DNA of 45,544 bases from Thermomicrobiales bacterium. Its GTDB lineage: Bacteria > Chloroflexota > Chloroflexia > Thermomicrobiales > CFX8. Shown piece after piece: positions 39,322 through 45,544 of this stretch. Position 1 is the first letter of the stretch; each line of letters starts with the position of its first letter. The DNA lies in contig JBGSWU010000011.1 of the NCBI GenBank assembly GCA_041751795.1, positions 1 through 45,544 of the forward strand, in the 5' to 3' direction. The notes under the pieces are model-generated. The model worked only from the letters and a program-made list of their open reading frames with translations. It was not told where the DNA came from and did not search any database. Both the position numbers and the translations under genes were made by a program.

Positions 39322-40695
39322 ATGACGGCCACGACGAAGTGGTCCCGTGTGGAACCCAATGTTGATCCCAGTGAATGGCCATTTGTCCAGCCGGAAGAAT
39401 CGCCGCCGTGGGAAGAGAACGAGCAACTTCGGAGCGCGTTCGAGGATGCCGCAGTTGGAATGTCGATCGCGAACCTCAACTGGGGGTTGCTGCGGGTCAA
39501 CGCTGCGCACTGCCGGATGCTTGGCTACACTGAGCATGAACTCCTGACGACTGACTTCCGAACGCGAATTCATCCCGACGACCTTGCACCAAACGATGAT
39601 TTGCGGCGTGACCTGTTCTCCGGGAGGATCAACGCCTATCAGACTGAGCGACGCTACTTCCACCGCGAGGGCCACATAGTCTGTTGCCTTGTGACCGTAT
39701 CGTTGATCCGCGATGCTGACGGCGAGCCACAGTATTTTGTCGGGCAGATGCAGGACATTACCGAGCGAAGACAATCCGAGGAGGCTCTGCGGCAAAGCGA
39801 GCAGCGGATGTCGCGGATTCTCGAATCAGCCTCGGACGGGATGATCATTTCCGATCAATTCGGGACGATGTCGATTGTGAACCCGGCAGCCGAGCGGATC
39901 ACCGGGATTCCGGCTTCGGCGCTCGTTGGCCGCTCGGTCCGCGAGCTTTCGGGAATGGTCCGGCCCGGCGGTAATCCTGATTGCGCCGTGATTGGCATGC
40001 CGATCCGGCGGGCGTTGGAAGTCGGGGAGCCGACCTACGGTCGGGAGATTACCTTCACGCGCAACGACGGCACGGTGATCTACGCTGTGATCGATATCGT
40101 CCCACTTCGAGGCGAGCAGATCGAGCAGGACGGTATCCTGCTGACGATCCATGATGTCACTGAGCGAACGATGATGGAGCAGCGGCTTTCCCTCCTTGCT
40201 CTCCACGACGCGTTAACTGGATTGCCGAACCGTCGGTTGTTCGATGACCGTGGCGAGCACGCCATCGTTGCAGCCCAGCGGGATGGCGGGTCGGTGGGCG
40301 TCATCGTCGTCGACTTGGATAACTTCAAGCCGGTCAACGACCACTACGGCCACTCAGCGGGCGATGATGTGCTGGTCGAGGTTGCGCGCCGTCTCACCTG
40401 CGTCGTACGCGAGGGAGATACGGTTGCCCGATTCGGCGGTGATGAGTTCGTCGTGCTGCTTCGGTCCGTCAGGAATCATGATGAGTTGTCCGATGTGCAG
40501 GATCGCCTACAGCACGCGCTTGAGCACCCACATACGCTCGCGGGTGACTCAGTGGTGGTAACGGCCAGTGTCGGTGGCAGCTTGCTCGCATCCGTCGAGG
40601 ACAGGCTCAGCGATCTGCTGCATCAGGCGGATAGCCGAATGTATGCAGTTAAACGTGGTCGCCGGACAGAATTGACCGGCGACCACGGCGACTGA
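39322..40695 (+). CDS. PAS-PAS-GGDEF diguanylate cyclase
   Basis: Two PAS-like units (AAVGMSIANLNWGLLRVNAAHCRMLGYTEHELL and SASDGMIISDQFGTMSIVNPAAERITGIPASALVG). The GGDEF domain has LHDALTGLPNRRLF and an intact RFGGDEFVV. An RxxD I-site (REGD) lies 5 residues before GGDEF. GGAG lies 8 nt before ATG 39322. Confidence 0.9.
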   Translation: MTATTKWSRVEPNVDPSEWPFVQPEESPPWEENEQLRSAFEDAAVGMSIANLNWGLLRVNAAHCRMLGYTEHELLTTDFRTRIHPDDLAPNDDLRRDLFSGRINAYQTERRYFHREGHIVCCLVTVSLIRDADGEPQYFVGQMQDITERRQSEEALRQSEQRMSRILESASDGMIISDQFGTMSIVNPAAERITGIPASALVGRSVRELSGMVRPGGNPDCAVIGMPIRRALEVGEPTYGREITFTRNDGTVIYAVIDIVPLRGEQIEQDGILLTIHDVTERTMMEQRLSLLALHDALTGLPNRRLFDDRGEHAIVAAQRDGGSVGVIVVDLDNFKPVNDHYGHSAGDDVLVEVARRLTCVVREGDTVARFGGDEFVVLLRSVRNHDELSDVQDRLQHALEHPHTLAGDSVVVTASVGGSLLASVEDRLSDLLHQADSRMYAVKRGRRTELTGDHGD

Positions 40696-41012
40696 GTTCG
40701 TGGCTATCAGTTCATCATCGACGTCACGATGGTTTCGTGCTGACATCCTTGAAATCATCGTGAAAATGCCGGGAATACATTTCAATCCAACGTTGTTTGA
40801 ATCATTGCGCGACCGGAGCATCAGTGCGAGGGCCGGCTAGCCTCCCCCAAGGGTGGTCGGACGCTGCATAGCCTGCACGAGAACTCGCACGGGTCTGCCG
40901 ATTACGCACCTCACAACCCCTCCTTCCCCACCCCTTTTTCCGGGCGGCTCCCCCAAGCCGCCCGGAGCTCCGATTCCCGGCATATTCCGCCACGCTAACC
41001 TCGATCCGATCG

Positions 41013-41957
41013 TCAGTTCCGGTTGCTGCGACCTCGACCGAGGAGCGAACCTAGCCTGGATTCGGGGACCGGCGCTCGACGACGGAAGGCTTCATCGAGC
41101 ATGAAGGTAATGTCGTCGGTACGCAGCAGCCACTGGAGAGGGCTGAAACCGGTCTGGCCGTAGGAATCGACCTTGGCGACGCCACCGACGGCGACGAAAC
41201 TATCCAGTTCGGTGATCGTGACGGCTTCGGCAAACTGGGTGTCGAGCCGGTAGCCAAGGGCGCGCAGGAAGTCCTCGTAGCCGGTCGGTAGGAGGGGAGA
41301 TTTGGAGCGCGAACGCTCCTTTTCGCCACGTGCGCTAAACGCGTGCTGCAGAAGTTGCGGAAAGTCCTGATTGAGGAACTCCAGCGCTTCCGGCGTCCGG
41401 CTACCACTTGCCGAACCACGAACGAGGAATCCGCCAGCGACCTCGAGAATTGTCGCGCCGCGATACCCGTAGAGGTCCAGTTGCCGCCCGATTACCCGCA
41501 GCCGGTTCTGGTAGGTGGGCTGGATGAGGCTGGCCGGGATATTCGCTTGGCCAACGACGGTAGCCGCGCTCGCTGTCCCCGGTGCGTTGGCGACGTGTTG
41601 CTGGACCAGTTGAACGAGGGTCTGCTCAAATCCGCGTTGCTTCGGCACGAAGTCGGTGACTCGCGCCCGAAACGCGGCGACGGCGACCTGTTCGGATTTT
41701 GCGTCCGAGAGCATGATGACTGGCAGGCCCGGCTTGCGCTGGTGGATGCGGGCCAGCGTTTCGAGGCCATTGATTTTTGGCAGATCATAGTCCAGCAGGC
41801 AGACATCGCAGTCATTCGCCCCGACCCAGAGGACGGCTTCTTCGCCTGTCCTGACGTGAATAAGACGACTTCCGATGATGCGGGTTTCGATCGCGCTGGA
41901 GATACTCCGGGCGACGGCGACATCATCTTCGACCAGCAGAATGACTGGCTGGCTCAT
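41013..41957 (-). CDS. Response regulator: receiver domain plus unrecognised, internally duplicated C-terminal domain
   Basis: The REC domain reads VILLVEDDVAVARSI...DVCLLDYDLPKINGLETL...VIMLSDAKSE...DFVPKQ. The C-terminal ~150 aa has no HTH or enzymatic motif I recognise. The start overlaps the upstream CheY-like gene stop (ATGA). Confidence 0.85.
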   Translation of the reverse strand: MSQPVILLVEDDVAVARSISSAIETRIIGSRLIHVRTGEEAVLWVGANDCDVCLLDYDLPKINGLETLARIHQRKPGLPVIMLSDAKSEQVAVAAFRARVTDFVPKQRGFEQTLVQLVQQHVANAPGTASAATVVGQANIPASLIQPTYQNRLRVIGRQLDLYGYRGATILEVAGGFLVRGSASGSRTPEALEFLNQDFPQLLQHAFSARGEKERSRSKSPLLPTGYEDFLRALGYRLDTQFAEAVTITELDSFVAVGGVAKVDSYGQTGFSPLQWLLRTDDITFMLDEAFRRRAPVPESRLGSLLGRGRSNRN

Positions 41958-42397
41958 GACGCTGTTTCCTCATGGAGCGTGGCGCGTCGCATCGCCGACC
42001 AGTAGAGTAGGGTGTTGCCGAGGACGGCACGCAGATCGTGGAAGTAGCTTGGTTTGCTGATGTAGCCGCTGGCACCGAGTTCGTAGGCGCGAGCGACATC
42101 GGACGATGCGTCCGACGAGGTCAGCATCACAACGGGGACCGACTTCAGCCGCTCGTCGGCCTTGATCGCCTGCAGGACATCGAAGCCCGACAGGCCCGGC
42201 ATGTTGATATCGAGCAGGATCAGGTCGGGGAGATTCGCGGTTGCCCGTAGCCACTCCAGCGCTTCGTCGCCATCATTGGCGGCGTGGACGGTCGCCTGCT
42301 CTCCGAGTTCGCGGATCGCTCTGGAGATGATGAGGACGTGGTCCGGGTCATCATCAATCAGACAGATGTAGAGACCAGTTATCGCCGTAGTACTCAT
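41954..42397 (-). CDS. Single-domain CheY-like response regulator
   Basis: LYICLIDDDPDHVLIISRAI...DLILLDINMPGLSGFDVL...PVVMLTSSDASSDVARAYELGASGYISKP carries the full set of receiver residues (DD, D, T/S, K). Confidence 0.9.
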   Translation of the reverse strand: MSTTAITGLYICLIDDDPDHVLIISRAIRELGEQATVHAANDGDEALEWLRATANLPDLILLDINMPGLSGFDVLQAIKADERLKSVPVVMLTSSDASSDVARAYELGASGYISKPSYFHDLRAVLGNTLLYWSAMRRATLHEETAS

Positions 42398-42420
42398 TCA
42401 TTGTTCTCGTTTCAATACGC

Positions 42421-44733
42421 TCACGATACGCCCACAAGTTCCAGCGTTCGTGGTGTGCTGTTCATTTGCTCGTCGGTAGTCTTCGGGAATGTCAGGCAGA
42501 AGGTCGTTCCATTCTCATCGCTGTCGGATATCCAGCAGCGGCCACCATTCGCTTCGACGATGCGACTGATGATTGCCAGGCCCATACCAGTCCCGGTTGG
42601 GTTCATTGACCTGCCTTTTGGCAGCCGCTGAAACATCGTGAAGATCTTATCGCGGTGTTCTACCGGGATACCGGTGCCGTTGTCGCTGACAGTGATCTGC
42701 CACGTATCGTGCCTTTCTCTCGCGCTAATCTCGATGACCGGTGCACGGTCGGTTGGGGTGTATTTCACGGCGTTGTCAATCAGATTCGAGAAGACCTGCT
42801 GCAGGCGGACCGGATTGCCAGCGACCACCGGCAGGTCGCCACGGACGATGACCTGACCGTTGCGCTGATCGAGCATCTGGCGCAACTGCCCGCTGACGCC
42901 CTCGATGACGTTGCCCAGATCGACGGCACTCAGGGGCGCATCCTCGCGTCCCACTCGCGAGAGTTCGAGGAGATCGTCGAGCAGGTTCCGCATTTTTGTG
43001 GCGTTGGCGACGATCCGATCGAGATAGAGTCGTGTGTCATCGGTCAGGTTCGGGCCGATGTCCTCCTGGAGCATCGCTGCCAACCCCTGGAGGGACACGA
43101 GCGGTGCCTTGAGATCGTGGGAGGCGACGTAGGCGAATTCCTGAAGCGACCGGTTGCTCCGCTCGAGCGCGCCGGTCGACTGGCGCAACTCGGTTTCGGC
43201 ACGTGTCCGCTCGATGACCTCGACCTGGAGTGTCTCGTTCGCGAGCTGGATGGCACGCGCGCGTTCCCCCGCCTGTTGGAGGAGCCAGGTGACCAACCCG
43301 AGCAGTCCTGCCATCATCAGCCCGATCACGAGCGCGCCATACGGCATCAGTGACTGCTGCGGGTCGATGTCCCCCGGCCAGATGTGAAGCGTCCATTGCG
43401 CGTTGCGGACAACAGCCGGTAGTTCGACTTCCCAGTTTCTTCCACCGTCACTCGAACCGATGGTTCGTTCGTAGATCACGTTCCGGCCATCGGAGACGGT
43501 AATTGACGACGTTGGAGAGACCTTATCGTTGAGGACGACATCGAAGAGCTGATCGACGCGGTAGACGGCGACGACGAACCCATCGAACATCCCATCGACG
43601 TAGATCGCTCGGGCGGCGACGACTTCCAACCCGCCGCGCCCACGGTCGAACGGCTGACTGATGATCGTTTGTCGCTCGCTGCGAGCGATAGCAAGGACGT
43701 TCAGCAGCTCGGGCGTTTCACGAGCGTCGATGCCGATGTCGCGAGCGTTCGCTGCTGGTGGAACCACCCACTTTGCTTCATAGAACGGGTCGATCCACTC
43801 AATCGCCCGGTAGAGTGATGGACCATCGAAGTTGAGATTGACGTCGGCTTCCCAGCGTGCCTGGGCGGGGCGGCCACTATGTTCCCAGCGGCGTGCGATT
43901 CGGTCGATCGAGGCTACGCTGGCCGAGATCTCCGATTCCACTTCCTGCTGGATCGCCGCGGCCTCAGTCTGCGCGGAGAATCTGATCTGCCGGTTCTCGT
44001 AATTGAGAAGCGATTGGCAGAAGAGGATGCTCATTGCCGCGACGCCGATCGTGACCGGCACGAAAAGCCAGCGTGGTGCATGCGGCGATGTTGCCTGGAA
44101 CTCACGCCAGCCAAGCGCGAAGATCGCCACCCCAAGCGCGAGAAAGCCCACGGACGCCTGGGCGGACATCTTTGTCAGTTGCCCCCAGCCGTAGGCCTGC
44201 TCAAACCCGGTCGCGTAGCCAACGAATGCGACGGCACCGAGTGAGGTGACCAGTGAGCCAGCAATCGCCAATGTGACGGACTGATACCGGAACGGTGGAC
44301 GTTTTGTCGCCAGGAGTAGCGCGATCGCCGCGATAGCGAGACCAACGGCAGCTTGTGGTGCCATCCGCCCAGGGGTCGTCGTTTCTGCAACGAGATACGG
44401 ATCGTAGAGGAGCCGATCGATCCCCAGGTCGATCGTAAAGAGATGCTCGGCAAAGGTGAGGATGCCACCAAGGGCGGCGAAGCTTGCCGCGACGCGCGCC
44501 AGCACGATGCGCTTGTACACAAACAGCAACACTGCCAGGCCGCTGAGAGCAAGACCGACGGCGGTGTTGTACATCATCGTTTCGTAGCCGGAGCGGATTC
44601 GGAGGAGTGGCTCGAATTGGGCGTGCCAGCTGACGATGACGGCTAGCCCAATGACAATCGCAATCGCGCCAGTCGCGTGAACGATCGTGGTGACGGTTGA
44701 GCCGCCATTGACGCGTGGAATGTCTATTCTCAT
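42421..44733 (-). CDS. Membrane sensor histidine kinase: multi-TM N-terminus, extracytoplasmic CHASE-like region, HisKA, HATPase
   Basis: H-box FAYVASHDLKAPLVSLQGLA. N/G boxes are FSNLIDNAVKYT, DNGTGI and GTGMGLAIISRIV. About 7 N-terminal helices, then a ~210-aa segment bounded by another TM helix (PYGALVIGLMMAGLLGLVTWLL). It lies 23 nt upstream of the CheY-like gene. Confidence 0.85.
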   Translation of the reverse strand: MRIDIPRVNGGSTVTTIVHATGAIAIVIGLAVIVSWHAQFEPLLRIRSGYETMMYNTAVGLALSGLAVLLFVYKRIVLARVAASFAALGGILTFAEHLFTIDLGIDRLLYDPYLVAETTTPGRMAPQAAVGLAIAAIALLLATKRPPFRYQSVTLAIAGSLVTSLGAVAFVGYATGFEQAYGWGQLTKMSAQASVGFLALGVAIFALGWREFQATSPHAPRWLFVPVTIGVAAMSILFCQSLLNYENRQIRFSAQTEAAAIQQEVESEISASVASIDRIARRWEHSGRPAQARWEADVNLNFDGPSLYRAIEWIDPFYEAKWVVPPAANARDIGIDARETPELLNVLAIARSERQTIISQPFDRGRGGLEVVAARAIYVDGMFDGFVVAVYRVDQLFDVVLNDKVSPTSSITVSDGRNVIYERTIGSSDGGRNWEVELPAVVRNAQWTLHIWPGDIDPQQSLMPYGALVIGLMMAGLLGLVTWLLQQAGERARAIQLANETLQVEVIERTRAETELRQSTGALERSNRSLQEFAYVASHDLKAPLVSLQGLAAMLQEDIGPNLTDDTRLYLDRIVANATKMRNLLDDLLELSRVGREDAPLSAVDLGNVIEGVSGQLRQMLDQRNGQVIVRGDLPVVAGNPVRLQQVFSNLIDNAVKYTPTDRAPVIEISARERHDTWQITVSDNGTGIPVEHRDKIFTMFQRLPKGRSMNPTGTGMGLAIISRIVEANGGRCWISDSDENGTTFCLTFPKTTDEQMNSTPRTLELVGVS

Positions 44734-44982
44734 CGTTGTCTGGTTTGTCTATCCCGTTCCCACTCGGACGCTGTCCCGATCATGGCAAACGGGTGATAGG
44801 CGGGGTATGAGACGCTAGTCCTGATCGGGTTGCTGGCACGTCCCAGGACCGGCACGGGGTGACGTTCGTGCCAACATGCCCCATCTGCCTGCGTCGTCTC
44901 CACGGCGAAAGTGTCGATTCCTTCCCGAGGCACTTGCCGTGGGCGGTGGTTTGGGAGGACGCGATGCTCTCGTGCTCTACTA

Positions 44983-45544
44983 CTAGTAGAAGATGGTCAG
45001 GGTCCGGTGGTATGGCTCGCTGGTGTTTGGCAGTGATTGGCCGGATTGCCAGAGCGCCCAGTCGATGGCGTAGGCGGGCATGTCCCGGCCACGTTCGGCG
45101 ATCGACTGTCGCAAGAGTTCGACTGCCCAGATCGTTGCCGAGCGGATCTCCAGCTCCTCGTCGCTATCGGGCGGGATGAGCCGGTGCGCGGCGATCTGCT
45201 CCGCCAATGCCGGGGCGTAGGAGAGGATGCCGTGCTGGCGGAGCACCTGGGGTACTTTGTAGTCGGCAAAGGCGGTCAGTGTTTGCATATCGTGGAATCG
45301 GCCGGGGCCGTCGCCACCGAACGCGCCGTAGAGATCGGCAACAAGGATCTGGGCGCGTTTGTAGAAGCGGATGTCGTGGCCGTTCCAGGGGGCGACATCG
45401 CGGAACGATTCCAGCGCGGCCAGCACCTCGCGAACGAGTTTGGCGGCTGAGCCCTGCGCCTCGGTGATCGCTTCGAGGAATTGACCGTCCCAGCGGGATA
45501 GGAGCGTCCGGCCAACCTCGCGGAGGTGTTCCAGCCGGGCGTGG
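44983..45544 (-). CDS. Queuosine-salvage family protein (DUF2419 / Qng1-like), C-terminal part (5' end off the window)
   Basis: The reading frame is open to the window edge. ...FYKRAQILVADLYGAFGG...LTAFADYKVPQVLRQHGILSYAPAL...EELEIRSATIWAVELL matches my memory of the conserved KRAQ and FADY(K/R)VPQ blocks of this family. Confidence 0.7.
   Translation of the reverse strand, partial: HARLEHLREVGRTLLSRWDGQFLEAITEAQGSAAKLVREVLAALESFRDVAPWNGHDIRFYKRAQILVADLYGAFGGDGPGRFHDMQTLTAFADYKVPQVLRQHGILSYAPALAEQIAAHRLIPPDSDEELEIRSATIWAVELLRQSIAERGRDMPAYAIDWALWQSGQSLPNTSEPYHRTLTIFY

Noticed and set aside
40696-41012. A 317-bp convergent intergenic region with an AT-rich patch, two copies of CTCCCCCAAG, a 9-bp hairpin CCGGGCGGC/GCCGCCCGG (about 40941-40966), and small ORFs 40802..40993 and 40853..41104.
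   Set aside because: The ORFs have Arg/Gly/Pro-rich junk-like composition. The hairpin lacks a properly oriented U tract for either flanking gene. The evidence is too weak for an sRNA or gene call.

Overview
GC-rich bacterial chromosomal segment with Shine-Dalgarno-led genes. The protein content looks Chloroflexota/Thermomicrobia-like or actinobacterial, but the taxon cannot be fixed from the sequence alone. By eye there is no rRNA, tRNA, CRISPR array, transposase or integrase. Housekeeping and metabolic genes: metG (partial), malQ, a BtpA/SgcQ - FGGY kinase - SDR sugar cluster, an S9 peptidase and a partial queuosine-salvage gene. Signalling genes: a NarL-type two-component pair, a PAS-GGDEF cyclase, an HK-CheY-RR operon and a large SARP/NB-ARC/TPR/LuxR regulator. 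The most interesting points are: (1) a GrdB/PrdB-family gene that the ORF track splits at an in-frame TGA. It reads through as selenocysteine in a U-P-V-C motif and has a SECIS-like hairpin just downstream. (2) Two loci in which a giant secreted hydrolase (an S8 protease of about 1400 aa and an SGNH/HYR/PKD/beta-helix protein of about 1430 aa) is followed on the same strand by secreted proteins sharing an unrecognised ~260-aa N-terminal module. There are three such paralogs, one fused to CHRD domains. (3) Two otherwise intact genes each interrupted by a single in-frame TAG, although TAG is an ordinary stop for many genes here. (4) A lower-GC HEPN-like two-gene cassette inserted into the sugar operon. 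(5) A response regulator with an internally duplicated, unrecognised output domain. All domain calls come from reading motifs by eye. No database searches or statistics were run.
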